Below, in pieces: positions 55,452 to 64,000 of a stretch of 64,000 nt of DNA. The notes under the pieces were generated by a model. The model had not been told where the DNA came from. It saw only the letters and a list, made by a program, of their open reading frames with translations, and searched no databases. Made by a program: the position numbers and the translations under genes. How positions within the stretch are numbered: the first letter of the stretch is position 1; each line of letters starts with the position of its first letter. This stretch comes from an uncultured virus (IMG/VR IMGVR_UViG_3300016457_001349). Taxonomy: Duplodnaviria > Heunggongvirae > Uroviricota > Caudoviricetes. The stretch lies in IMG/VR virus record IMGVR_UViG_3300016457_001349, one strand, 5' to 3'.

Positions 55452-56876
55452 TTAAAGTAAAATTATTCTAGGTTGTTTTCCATATTTCTTGATTCCTCTC
55501 CAAGCCAGCCAGGAGGCCATAAGAACGTCACAGGTTCCAATTGGATATTCCAAATAATCCTTTCTCCAAAGACAAAATGAGCAATTGCAATTCGCAAAAT
55601 GATCCTTAATCGGAACCCAGAATTTTCCCAAGGCAATGTCTTCGCCCATCGCAGCCATTCCGAGGGTTGGGTCGTTAAGAGCTTTAGGTGTTGTATCTAA
55701 ACCGAGAACCTCGGCTGAGAGTCTTTCTTCCTGAAGAATTTCAACCAAACTTCTTTGATAGGCATTAGATTCTATTATGATCATTTGAGGCGATCTTTCT
55801 TTAACCAGCCTCAAAATTCTAGATTTCACCTGGGGCGAAGTAGTTCTAAACTTTTCAACTTTTTCAAATACGAAATAATCTTCTCCTTTCCATTCGCCTA
55901 GCCCCATCAGAAATAGACAAGTAAAGTTTTTTCCCCTCTTAGAAGATCCGGGATCTATCCCAAGGCATCTTGCATGAATAACCCCAGGAAATTCCTGTGC
56001 CCTCAAAGAGTTCTGAAGCGATTCTTCACTGAATGGAGTTTCCTCCTCTGACATCGGTTTAAGTTGATATGCCCTTGCATACGCTCTAGGCGATTCGAGG
56101 TATCTTTGTTCTAGTTGTTTCGAACTCATTCTCTCTGGCCAAATAGAATGAAAATTGGGTGGCCCACCACAAGGATATCTCACAACCTCAAAGACACCTT
56201 GTTTTTTCAAAAATGCAGTAAGATCTAAAAGATGCCAGGGCGTACAAATATATACTCTTCGTCCCCAGGGCTCCAATATAGGAGTCCATACTTCTTGAAA
56301 GGCAGTGATGACTGATTCTCGCATAGAGGGCTGGGTCACGGAATTCCTGAGATCGCAAACATCATCAAAAACCAAAATATCGGCTCGCCCTCCGACGGCA
56401 GAACTTAAAATGCCTTGCGCCTCAACCGAGGCATCCTTAGAAATTTTTTCTCTTTCTAAATAAAATTTATGTTTTGAAGGTTCCCTGTCAAATTTTAGAT
56501 GCGGAAAAACCTTTTTTATTTTCTCATTAAAAAGTAAATGAGAAATCATCTCCGAAACTTTCTCGGAGCTTTTGTCATCGTTTTGAGAAATATATTTAAT
56601 TCTTAAATTAGGATTTCGTCCCAGTTCCCAAATAATTCTTCGGATTACTTGTGAAGTTTTCCCAAATCCTCTAGGGGCCTCAATAAGGATATCTTTATGT
56701 TCAGAAATTTTTTCCTGAATGTCGTTATGAAAAGGTGCATTCTTTTCTTCGAAGGCGTACTGAGAAAATATAGCTGGATTTTTTCTAGAAAGACGGAGTA
56801 ATTTTTCTTCTTTGAGTCTAAGCAATTTCAATTTTGCTTTAGACTCATCAAAGTCCTCTCTTTTTTTTGGCCTCAT
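55452..56876 (-). CDS. terL: Terminase large subunit
   Basis: APRGFGKT Walker A, GGRADILVFDD Walker B, TPWH, nuclease GIDPG, IESNAYQ, DVLMA. Confidence 0.93.
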   Translation of the reverse strand: MRPKKREDFDESKAKLKLLRLKEEKLLRLSRKNPAIFSQYAFEEKNAPFHNDIQEKISEHKDILIEAPRGFGKTSQVIRRIIWELGRNPNLRIKYISQNDDKSSEKVSEMISHLLFNEKIKKVFPHLKFDREPSKHKFYLEREKISKDASVEAQGILSSAVGGRADILVFDDVCDLRNSVTQPSMRESVITAFQEVWTPILEPWGRRVYICTPWHLLDLTAFLKKQGVFEVVRYPCGGPPNFHSIWPERMSSKQLEQRYLESPRAYARAYQLKPMSEEETPFSEESLQNSLRAQEFPGVIHARCLGIDPGSSKRGKNFTCLFLMGLGEWKGEDYFVFEKVEKFRTTSPQVKSRILRLVKERSPQMIIIESNAYQRSLVEILQEERLSAEVLGLDTTPKALNDPTLGMAAMGEDIALGKFWVPIKDHFANCNCSFCLWRKDYLEYPIGTCDVLMASWLAWRGIKKYGKQPRIILL

Positions 56877-57097
56877 TTTGAATTGAATTTAGTTATTTCT
56901 TTTTCAATATTAGAGAGTCTCAAACTTTGCAAGGCTATTTTCTTATCTAAATTATTAAATTTCCTATCTAAATTTTCTACTTTAGCCTCAATGTTATTAA
57001 AAGACTCTCGAAAGGGTTTTAGATATACTGAAACAACCCCAATTACGGCTAATATACAGGATAGTGCTGTTCCAACTGGTAAAAAAATTTCCATCAT
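56873..57097 (-). CDS. TM + coiled-coil small protein (holin/XhlA-like)
   Basis: One N-terminal TM helix followed by heptad repeats. Confidence 0.5.
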   Translation of the reverse strand: MMEIFLPVGTALSCILAVIGVVSVYLKPFRESFNNIEAKVENLDRKFNNLDKKIALQSLRLSNIEKEITKFNSK

Positions 57098-57136
57098 GGG
57101 CCTCTCCTCTAGAAAAATAATAATAACCCTACTTTA

Positions 57137-57164
57137 AATATAGTATTTTTCTTTAAAAATTCAA
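57137..57164 (-). promoter_or_regulatory. Candidate sigma70-like promoter for the morphogenesis operon
   Basis: TTGAAT-N16-TATATT on the - strand upstream of 56873..57097 and terL. Confidence 0.35.
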
Positions 57165-57214
57165 CACCTTTTTTCATAATTAGTTTCGCTTCATCCGGTC
57201 CCAGTATAAGCATA

Positions 57215-58015
57215 TTAACTTATAAATTTTCTCAAACCCTCCCAATCTTTGTCTCTTATAGTTCGAAGTTTATTCGAGTAATCGAAGCTTACCCAATAGC
57301 CGCCTATATGCGATTCAACAAATTCCTTTTTCAGTTTCACCCTTACGAATTCAAGCTCGAGTTGTGATGGCGCAATTCCAAACCTCTTTCTAGCGAGTCG
57401 CTTTGCCGCAATCAAGGCGGTGCCTCTTTGTAAAAATGGATCTAAAATTCTATCTCCCCGTTCTGTTGTCATCAAAATCATTCTTTCCAAGAGAACTCTA
57501 GATATTCTAAAGTAAGTTCTCTTCCCCCAGACTTTAAACGGCTCACCCGGAATATCAGACCAAACCTCCGACACAAGAGGACCAAATTCATGTCTTTCTT
57601 CTTCCGCCGATGCTCCTTCTAGCGAATCCGGTCCGTGTGGTCTTCTTAATAAAAATTTTTTAAATTCTTTTTGCTTTACTAAATGGAGAATCCCGGAATG
57701 TGTTTTTAAAAGCGGTTTTGGTTTCTTCCCGGCCAGAAGTATATCCCAAACTATCCACGAGTTAAGCCGAAAACCCGATTCTTGAAGAACCGGAAAAACC
57801 TTTAACAACCAATATGGCGTACCGTAGAAAAAGAGCGAACCCTTTCTGTTTAATATCCTATACACCTCACGCGCCCAATCCGAAAAGAAACGCAAGTTTT
57901 CTTTCTCAGACTTCTTCAACACAAAATGAGAAGGCGGATTGGCAAAAACCATATCAAACACACCCGGAGGAAACTTTTTCAGTTCTTCAATATAATCACC
58001 TGATACTAAATCCAT
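57215..58015 (-). CDS. Divergent or possibly inactive beta-class DNA methyltransferase
   Basis: MTase layout, but motif IV reads NPPS and motif I reads DPFLQRGT. Confidence 0.7.
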   Translation of the reverse strand: MDLVSGDYIEELKKFPPGVFDMVFANPPSHFVLKKSEKENLRFFSDWAREVYRILNRKGSLFFYGTPYWLLKVFPVLQESGFRLNSWIVWDILLAGKKPKPLLKTHSGILHLVKQKEFKKFLLRRPHGPDSLEGASAEEERHEFGPLVSEVWSDIPGEPFKVWGKRTYFRISRVLLERMILMTTERGDRILDPFLQRGTALIAAKRLARKRFGIAPSQLELEFVRVKLKKEFVESHIGGYWVSFDYSNKLRTIRDKDWEGLRKFIS

Positions 58016-58034
58016 TTTTTTTAAAATGAATATT

Positions 58035-58406
58035 TTAATAAAGGTTTGAATAATTATTCATTGTTTTATATCCTTTGGCTTTCTTTAGCAATTCATCAAT
58101 GGTATGCACTATTGGAATTCCAAGTTTTTTAGCTAATTTCATTTCTTGTTTTACGCCAGGTGATAGATCGATCACGTATAGAATATCAGAGACTCTGAGC
58201 CATTCTATACCATTATGAAAATAGTCTGAGTAGTCAAATTTGCCGTCAATGAGACCCAGAAGAAAATCTTGTCCTGGAACAAAGACTGCAAACCCTAGTC
58301 TTCTAATGTCTTTGGCGACTCTCAGCATTCTAGAGAGATTTTCGATATACGATGGGGCATCTGGCCCATTAAGCGGTCCTGCAACATAGACTTTTATTAC
58401 TCCCAT
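58035..58406 (-). CDS. Nucleoside 2-deoxyribosyltransferase-like (DUF1937/DUF4406-type) protein
   Basis: VYVAGP, VFVP, WLRVSD, SPGVKQEM..AKKLGIPI. Confidence 0.7.
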   Translation of the reverse strand: MGVIKVYVAGPLNGPDAPSYIENLSRMLRVAKDIRRLGFAVFVPGQDFLLGLIDGKFDYSDYFHNGIEWLRVSDILYVIDLSPGVKQEMKLAKKLGIPIVHTIDELLKKAKGYKTMNNYSNLY

Positions 58407-58464
58407 TTGATTCGCCTCCTTTTGTTTTTTCGTCTCAGGCTCTGTTTAAATTTTTTAGGTATTT

Positions 58465-58722
58465 TTAATTCTCGGATTCATTTTTTTCGTTTTCTTTAAG
58501 GTATTTGAAGAATTTTGCACTGTAAGTTATGGAATCCATTAACAGAACAAAATTCAAGCACAAGAACATGACCACAACAGGAAAGGCGGAGAGCCATTTC
58601 CACCAGGGAAGAATATTGAAAGCCCAATTAACGAGCACATACAGTATTAAGAAAATAGACAAAGCAAAAATACAAAATATTGCACGCATTAGATCCTCCT
58701 TTTTTTTAAAATAATGTTTCAA
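58465..58722 (-). CDS. Small membrane protein
   Basis: Two hydrophobic segments. Confidence 0.55.
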   Translation of the reverse strand: MKHYFKKKEDLMRAIFCIFALSIFLILYVLVNWAFNILPWWKWLSAFPVVVMFLCLNFVLLMDSITYSAKFFKYLKENEKNESEN

Positions 58723-59725
58723 GATAGGGTTTCAGTAGCTTTTTAGCAATTTTCATATAGTCAGGATTAAGTTCAATTCCTATAAATCGTCTCCCGGCTC
58801 TCAGGGCCACCATCCCAGTTCGTCCAGAGCCCATAAAAGGATCAAGAACGACACCTTTCTCAAATCCCTTGCCGCAGCCACAATCAGTCCATCCAACAGT
58901 TTTTATACCGTCCCCTCCATAATTTTTCTCATCATATTTTTCAACTTCCTTTTTAGTCGCTCGTCTATCCGGTGCGATAATTTTTCCTTCTTTTACTTCC
59001 TTGACCCTGCGATTAAAGGCGTTGGGACTTTTGCCTTTCAAAATTCTTCGGCGTGGTTCACCGCATTCAGGACATATCCATTCAGGGCACCCAGCCAAAA
59101 CGAGCGGTTCAACTAGTTTCGTACTAAAAGTCGCGAAGTGAGCCCCTGGAAACGGTTGGATTGGAATCGTCCAGACATCGCCTGGGTCTTTTCGCAAATC
59201 AGCTCCTTTCGCAGAGTGGTCTGAATTTTTAAGTGGTATTTTCACCGCCTCCAAATCAAACCAATATTTATCGTTTTTAACTAACATAAAGACTGGCTCA
59301 TAGAGATGAGAAAAAGATCTTTTAAAAGAAGAGGAAAGCGTATTAGGTTTGTGCCAAACAATAGGACCTTTAGTCGGCGCCTTCCATCCTTGTTCATCGA
59401 TCATTCTAATTACAAATCTGTAATTCTGAAAAGTGTCGCAAAGTTTAATTTTATTAGTGTCATGGTTCCAGAACATCACGCCGGTATATTTTAGGACTCT
59501 TTTCAACTCAGCCGTAATTGCAAGTAGGCGTTCTAGGTATTCATCGAGCGTTTTTTCAAGTCCTATTTCCTTTAATTTATCCGGATGATCATCTGGCAAA
59601 TAGGATCTAAGTTTCCAGTATGGTGGGGAAGTGATGATACAATCCACACTCTCATCCGGCATTTTTTTCAGTTCTTCGAGCGTATCGCCTAAAATCAATT
59701 TCGCTTTATAAGATGATGGAATCAT
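58706..59725 (-). CDS. DNA N4-cytosine/N6-adenine methyltransferase (beta class) with Cys-rich insertion
   Basis: TSPPYW, HFATF, CPECG...CGC insert, [14 protein letters not shown]. Confidence 0.92.
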   Translation of the reverse strand: MIPSSYKAKLILGDTLEELKKMPDESVDCIITSPPYWKLRSYLPDDHPDKLKEIGLEKTLDEYLERLLAITAELKRVLKYTGVMFWNHDTNKIKLCDTFQNYRFVIRMIDEQGWKAPTKGPIVWHKPNTLSSSFKRSFSHLYEPVFMLVKNDKYWFDLEAVKIPLKNSDHSAKGADLRKDPGDVWTIPIQPFPGAHFATFSTKLVEPLVLAGCPEWICPECGEPRRRILKGKSPNAFNRRVKEVKEGKIIAPDRRATKKEVEKYDEKNYGGDGIKTVGWTDCGCGKGFEKGVVLDPFMGSGRTGMVALRAGRRFIGIELNPDYMKIAKKLLKPYLETLF

Positions 59726-60203
59726 TAAAAACCTCTTCTAGATAAGAATAAGTTCTAGTCTTATCAGATCCAAATAAAATTTTAAAGATGGCCTCAACGA
59801 GACAGCGGGCCCTCTCATATTTGTAGGGCGGTAATTTTCGTTTCCATGATTTATCTATTAGGATGGTTCTAAGATGTAATCGAATCATGGGTTCCATATC
59901 GGAGTCTATTACATTTCCTAGAACAACCACCTCTGAGGCAACTGATTTAGTATCATTGATGGCTCTAATATAGTCTTCATCGGTTATAGAGTCCAAAAAA
60001 TAGATTTTAGAAAAATATTTCTTAATCGGTTTAATGACTTTTCGTTTTATTTTCTTATTTAGAAACAGAACAAGAGTATAGTTTTTAGAAAGTATTTCAA
60101 GACAGGGTATAACATTATTACGTAGTTTAAGTTTAGAAAAACCTAAAATATTCCGATCTTCTTTCCAGAGAGTATTTACACCTTCAATTATGATAGTACT
60201 CAT
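59706..60203 (-). CDS. Degenerate HAD-like protein
   Basis: IIIEGVNTL (DxDxT equivalent) and [10 protein letters not shown] (GD...D equivalent); catalytic Asp residues lost. Confidence 0.45.
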   Translation of the reverse strand: MSTIIIEGVNTLWKEDRNILGFSKLKLRNNVIPCLEILSKNYTLVLFLNKKIKRKVIKPIKKYFSKIYFLDSITDEDYIRAINDTKSVASEVVVLGNVIDSDMEPMIRLHLRTILIDKSWKRKLPPYKYERARCLVEAIFKILFGSDKTRTYSYLEEVFNDSIIL

Positions 60204-60426
60204 TAAGAGCCCTCCTTAAATTTAGCCATTCCTCCTTATCTATCTTGCTTCCTAATCCATTCTCCGACTCAGCCTTAGTAATCTCATCAATAATATTTCC
60301 GATAGCCACAAAAGAGAGGCTTTCCATTTTCTTTCTTATATAGTTGGATACAACTCCCACTATGTAGCTTCGTCTTCCCAGGGCATATCTAAGTGCGCAG
60401 AGAAGAATCAATTCCTCATCATTCAT
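60184..60426 (-). CDS. Conserved phage hypothetical protein
   Basis: CALRYALGRRSY motif. Confidence 0.65.
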   Translation of the reverse strand: MNDEELILLCALRYALGRRSYIVGVVSNYIRKKMESLSFVAIGNIIDEITKAESENGLGSKIDKEEWLNLRRALNEYYHN

Positions 60427-60755
60427 TAAACTTTCCTCCTTAGTTTTAGTCTTAGATTCAAATTTTTAAAAAAACTCTCAGCCTCTTTGTAGTTATCAGC
60501 ACATTCTAGGCAGAGATACTCAAATTTATCGCCTACCTTTCCGACCCAGGCATGTTCATATTCAAGAGGCTTCAAGCACCGCGAACAAAAAGCGGGCAAA
60601 AAAACTATATTAATATAGATCTCGCCAGTCTTATATTTTTTTCGTAGTTTTTTTAGTTCATTTTTATCCATTTTACCAAATAAATTTTTTAGCCATTTTA
60701 ACCAGCCAGAGAAAAACTTCATCCTTAATTTTTTCTTTTGGGTCAAGCTCATCAA
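60426..60755 (-). CDS. Zinc-finger protein
   Basis: CSRC...CLEC. Likely start MDKNEL. Confidence 0.6.
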   Translation of the reverse strand: MMSLTQKKKLRMKFFSGWLKWLKNLFGKMDKNELKKLRKKYKTGEIYINIVFLPAFCSRCLKPLEYEHAWVGKVGDKFEYLCLECADNYKEAESFFKNLNLRLKLRRKV

Positions 60756-61056
60756 ATGGTACTAAGTCCGGGTGGATTCTTTTTACAGGATCATAGACCT
60801 TGCCATATTTCCATCCCATTTCTAGGTATTTACGAACCCAACTATCATGTGCTTTCTCGGGATCGGCAAATTTTCGTTTACCAGAACAAAGATCACGAAC
60901 CAATTCTACGAACTGATTTTTAAAGTCATCCTCTCTGAGTTCCCAAGGAGCTGGTCTAACAGGACATTCAAGAGCTATGGCATGAAGCCTTGCCCCTTCA
61001 TAAACAAATCTAGCTCTTCTTAGGTCTAAGTTTTTTCTTATGTTTAAGTTTTTCAT
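60673..61056 (-). CDS. RyR-domain-like phage protein
   Basis: AHDSW...GWKYG...KRIHPDLVPFDELDPKEKIKD. Confidence 0.75.
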   Translation of the reverse strand: MKNLNIRKNLDLRRARFVYEGARLHAIALECPVRPAPWELREDDFKNQFVELVRDLCSGKRKFADPEKAHDSWVRKYLEMGWKYGKVYDPVKRIHPDLVPFDELDPKEKIKDEVFLWLVKMAKKFIW

Positions 61057-61060
61057 TTTT

Positions 61061-61201
61061 TTATCCCCATTTAAAAAATTTTAAGTAATAGTAAATTGCT
61101 TGAATTGATAGCATTAATAATACTCCGCTATATAGAAGAAAGCAAAACAACCGATCTCTTCGTTTCCATTTTATCTCGTCATCGTTTTTATTGCTTTTCA
61201 T
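61061..61201 (-). CDS. Small membrane protein (46 aa)
   Basis: Manual translation MKSNKNDDEIKWKRRDRLFCFLLYSGVLLMLSIQAIYYYLKFFKWG. Confidence 0.5.
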   Translation of the reverse strand: MKSNKNDDEIKWKRRDRLFCFLLYSGVLLMLSIQAIYYYLKFFKWG

Positions 61202-61213
61202 TTTCTTATCCCC

Positions 61214-61396
61214 TTACTTAGATTCAAGTATGAATTTCAGTGTATCGGCAATAGCTGCAATCGCGGCGCCATGGTTTCCAAAGTATTCAGCAACGGTTCT
61301 GCCGTTAAATTCCTTGCCGTCAAATTCTCTGGCATCGTTTCGCATATCTTCAATTATCATATTCATCCTTTTTATATGCATCTCATTATTTTGCAT
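61214..61396 (-). CDS. Hypothetical protein
   Basis: Co-directional; GGAG SD. Confidence 0.6.
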   Translation of the reverse strand: MQNNEMHIKRMNMIIEDMRNDAREFDGKEFNGRTVAEYFGNHGAAIAAIADTLKFILESK

Positions 61397-61715
61397 TTTT
61401 TAAAGTCTCCTTTTTAGTTATGCTAATTGCCTTGATAGGAACGTTAGTTAGATATTGTAAAAGCATCTCAGCATCATCTATTAAAAAACCTTTAATCCCC
61501 TTTCCATAGTATTTTTTACTGATAAATTCATGGTAGGTCAATGGATAGGAAATAGAAAGATTGTGTTTTTTAGCCAAATTAAATATATAATCGACAGTTT
61601 TCATGTCACGGGCTACAATATCAAAATTGTTTTCACTTGCCATTCTAATAAGGTCAAGAGTTTTGCCCTTTCCACGTCCCTTATAAATAATTTCCATAAT
61701 GCCTCCTTTTATCAA
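61386..61715 (-). CDS. Small P-loop NTPase-like protein
   Basis: GRGKGKT and FLIDD in about 100 aa. Confidence 0.65.
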   Translation of the reverse strand: MIKGGIMEIIYKGRGKGKTLDLIRMASENNFDIVARDMKTVDYIFNLAKKHNLSISYPLTYHEFISKKYYGKGIKGFLIDDAEMLLQYLTNVPIKAISITKKETLKNAK

Positions 61716-61978
61716 GGTATTTTTAGTTGTTTGGGCTCAAGTTTAAAAATATTCTCGTCTCTAAGCTTGGGGTTACCACATATAAAATTAGGGCAGCGCG
61801 TCATAGCAAAGGCAATTCCATAAATCTGACAAAGCTCAAAAGCTTTTTTAGCTATTTCACAATCATATAATAATGCACAGTTAAGACAAAGACACTGTGA
61901 TTTTCGCAACTCATCCATCTCAATATGTTGCCAAACTTTTCTTCCATATTTTTCTATGTCTCTTACTCTGAATCTCAT
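61712..61978 (-). CDS. Cys-rich hypothetical protein
   Basis: CLCLNC...C...C...CP. Confidence 0.6.
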   Translation of the reverse strand: MRFRVRDIEKYGRKVWQHIEMDELRKSQCLCLNCALLYDCEIAKKAFELCQIYGIAFAMTRCPNFICGNPKLRDENIFKLEPKQLKIP

Positions 61979-62301
61979 TTTTTCCTCTTTGATTTATATC
62001 TTATTCTCCATCCAAAACTTAAGTAAAAGAAGTGGTCAGCCTCAGGGCTTAAATCTACAAACATCACATCCAACTCATAGTGAAGTTTTATATAGTGAAA
62101 AATCATCACAGGTTTAGCGAATTGAAGCGGATTATAGTAAAAAGTCACCTCATGCGGTCTCCCTAAAAGCCCTATAACCTCCAGAGGTCTCATCCCTATA
62201 TTTATTTTAGGGCATTTCTCAGTCTTGTCTGAGGTGTAATTTAAACAATTTAAAAATAAAAGAAAAACAACCAAAACTGAAATTATTTTAAAATATTTCA
62301 T
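61975..62301 (-). CDS. Putative lipoprotein with SmpA/BamE-like motif
   Basis: Signal peptide ending in Cys; INIGMRPLEVIGLLGRP. Confidence 0.55.
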   Translation of the reverse strand: MKYFKIISVLVVFLLFLNCLNYTSDKTEKCPKINIGMRPLEVIGLLGRPHEVTFYYNPLQFAKPVMIFHYIKLHYELDVMFVDLSPEADHFFYLSFGWRIRYKSKRKK

Positions 62302-62303
62302 TC

Positions 62304-62669
62304 TTAAGCCTCCTTTCTAGGTCTCCCCCTTTTCCGCTTTACAGTCACTTCATTATTCTCCTCTCTCTCGGCCATTTTATCTAATTTTTGCTCCTGATTC
62401 ATCCCCTTTAATCTCTCAGCTATTTTATCTAATTTCTGCTTTCGTTTCATCCCCTCCTTAAAAACACTTTCTAACATCCCGCACTTAATGCACTTTCTAT
62501 CGCCAGTGAATCTTACCACCAGGGGATCGCAGCCGTGTCCTTCCACAAATTCCTTGTTGGGGTTTATCACTTTTTCAACCATTACCCCTATACTGAAATC
62601 ATGCTCGCAATTTACTTCCCAGGGTTCCAAGATCTTGAAGGTCCTTATCCCTACTTTTATTGTTTTCAT
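62304..62669 (-). CDS. Zinc-ribbon protein with C-terminal AT-hook
   Basis: CEH...CIKCG; KRKRGRPRK. Confidence 0.6.
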   Translation of the reverse strand: MKTIKVGIRTFKILEPWEVNCEHDFSIGVMVEKVINPNKEFVEGHGCDPLVVRFTGDRKCIKCGMLESVFKEGMKRKQKLDKIAERLKGMNQEQKLDKMAEREENNEVTVKRKRGRPRKEA

Positions 62670-62672
62670 TTC

Positions 62673-63257
62673 TTATCCTCCCTTTTTGAAGATTAAATGT
62701 AACATTCTTTCAAGTGTCCATGAAGCTCTATACTTCTCATCCTTTGTGATTTCTAAGATTTTTTGATAAAACTCTAAATCATGGCTCAATAAAACTTCTC
62801 TACTCACAGCAAACTGCCCACCCCTGACGAACTCAAATCTTCCAGGGCTTTTTTCACCAAATATCATCTCATAAACCTGCCCAACAGGAATGGGGTCTTT
62901 CCTGTGAAACGGAAACCCTCTATCATCACTTAAAGCTCTAATATGCCCCAGAGGATAAAAATCTGGGACTTCCTTATTTTTTATGATATTCTTTATCTTT
63001 ACTATATTTTTCCCATGCCCAGGCCCATCAGGCGATCCCTGAACAAAGAAAGTAACCTTCGAGAAATAAGGATAAACATTTACTATGTGATAAAAATAGG
63101 TGTGAACATCCCTTCCAATATTTTCTAACTTGTGACTGAAATATCCTTTTCCTAAATCTTTACCTTTATTATAAATGATATATGAAATCCCTAAATCTTT
63201 AACCCAACTTACATCTTCATTATATCTAGCTACCACTAAAAAATATGAAGGAGCCAT
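62673..63257 (-). CDS. DUF3431-like protein (glycosyltransferase-related)
   Basis: VVARYNEDVSW, NIGRDVHTYFYHI, FVQG, GGQFAVSRE, LER. Confidence 0.75.
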   Translation of the reverse strand: MAPSYFLVVARYNEDVSWVKDLGISYIIYNKGKDLGKGYFSHKLENIGRDVHTYFYHIVNVYPYFSKVTFFVQGSPDGPGHGKNIVKIKNIIKNKEVPDFYPLGHIRALSDDRGFPFHRKDPIPVGQVYEMIFGEKSPGRFEFVRGGQFAVSREVLLSHDLEFYQKILEITKDEKYRASWTLERMLHLIFKKGG

Positions 63258-63258
63258 T

Positions 63259-63474
63259 TTACACCTCTAACTCTTTGTTTATTTCTTTCTCTATTGCTAA
63301 ATCTACTTTGTCTATCATTTTATTACTCTTTATCTTGGCCCAAATACTGTAAGGAAATTCCAAGTTCCGATCACAATAAGTCACACTGAAAACATCCGCC
63401 CCGGCTCTCTCCATCCCCTGAGCAGTCTGAAAAGCCATGAACAAATCTCTGGCATGCCTGACCATTATTTCCAT
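63259..63474 (-). CDS. Hypothetical protein
   Basis: Co-directional; tight packing. Confidence 0.55.
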   Translation of the reverse strand: MEIMVRHARDLFMAFQTAQGMERAGADVFSVTYCDRNLEFPYSIWAKIKSNKMIDKVDLAIEKEINKELEV

Positions 63475-63492
63475 TTTCTTTTTTCCTCTTTT

Positions 63493-63975
63493 TTACCACC
63501 TGAATAAAACATTACACTTTTTATACTCAACAAAGGGTAAATATAAATTCACCAAAAGATGTGAAGAATACTTTTCAATATGCTCAACATCTATTTTGTG
63601 AGGCCAACGTGCTAACCCCACAATCTGCCTTTCGTGATCAAACCCTAATATAATATAAGGCTCACCCTTGTACTCTATTATGCTTAATACTCTACACCCT
63701 AAGAAGGATTCTTCAGAATCTACTTTTTCTACTATATTCTTTCTTATTCTTTTTTCTCTTTCTGTTTCAATTTGTCTTTCATCTTGTTTTTTGTCTAACC
63801 ATTTTGCGAGTTTTTTTATACTTTCTACTTTGAAATAAGCCGACGAGAAATGTTCCCAATCATCTGTGTAAATGTTCCACCTTTCTGTGATGATCACTAA
63901 ATTGTCATTCCCAAGCAACCGGGCCCATTGCCTCTCAATGTGATCTTCAGAAAGAAAAAGAATCTCATTTTTCAT
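63493..63975 (-). CDS. Hypothetical protein
   Basis: GGAGG SD; co-directional. Confidence 0.6.
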   Translation of the reverse strand: MKNEILFLSEDHIERQWARLLGNDNLVIITERWNIYTDDWEHFSSAYFKVESIKKLAKWLDKKQDERQIETEREKRIRKNIVEKVDSEESFLGCRVLSIIEYKGEPYIILGFDHERQIVGLARWPHKIDVEHIEKYSSHLLVNLYLPFVEYKKCNVLFRW

Positions 63976-64000
63976 TTTTAAAATGGCCTCCTTTTTGAGT

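Noticed and set aside
1..64000. Alternative genetic code or stop-codon reassignment
   Set aside because: Genes are full length and tightly packed under the standard code, and TAA, TGA and TAG all terminate genes.
1..64000. Many short antisense or nested ORFs in the track (e.g. 7712..8002, 22788..23114, 41072..41386, 42481..42804)
   Set aside because: They lie within well-supported genes on the opposite strand or in another frame and show no recognisable motifs.
1..64000. Prophage boundaries, integrase or host genes
   Set aside because: No integrase, repressor, att-like context or housekeeping genes were recognised; lifestyle cannot be determined from this window.

Overview
This window is most of the genome of an AT-rich tailed dsDNA bacteriophage, probably a siphovirus: it has an HK97-type head, a tail tube, a tape measure protein and no recognisable sheath. 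The peptidoglycan hydrolases point to a bacterial host. Layout: (1) 1-10.4 kb, minus strand, an early region rich in duplicated genes plus an AEP primase-helicase; (2) 10.6-20.6 kb, plus strand, recombination, nucleic-acid metabolism and lysis genes; (3) 20.6-57.1 kb, minus strand, virion morphogenesis; (4) 57.2-64 kb, minus strand, methyltransferases and small accessory genes. No integrase, DNA polymerase, tRNA or CRISPR array was recognised. Main observations: (a) four glycosyltransferases sit between the capsid and neck genes, and outward-facing virion proteins are strongly enriched in Gly-Ser/Gly-Thr (also Ala-Thr/Ala-Ser), suggesting a virion O-glycosylation system with its own acceptor motif; (b) the head module encodes an end-repair toolkit (nucleotidyltransferase, ATP-dependent ligase, two LigD-type phosphoesterase domains) whose ligase appears split by a ~7 kb structural cassette and is accompanied by dead Hint/intein relics; (c) a tandem family of octapeptide-repeat proteins with a conserved, possibly ADP-ribosyltransferase-like C-terminal domain; (d) a clear -1 frameshift in the tail assembly chaperone. 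All calls come from reading motifs by eye; no database search was run.
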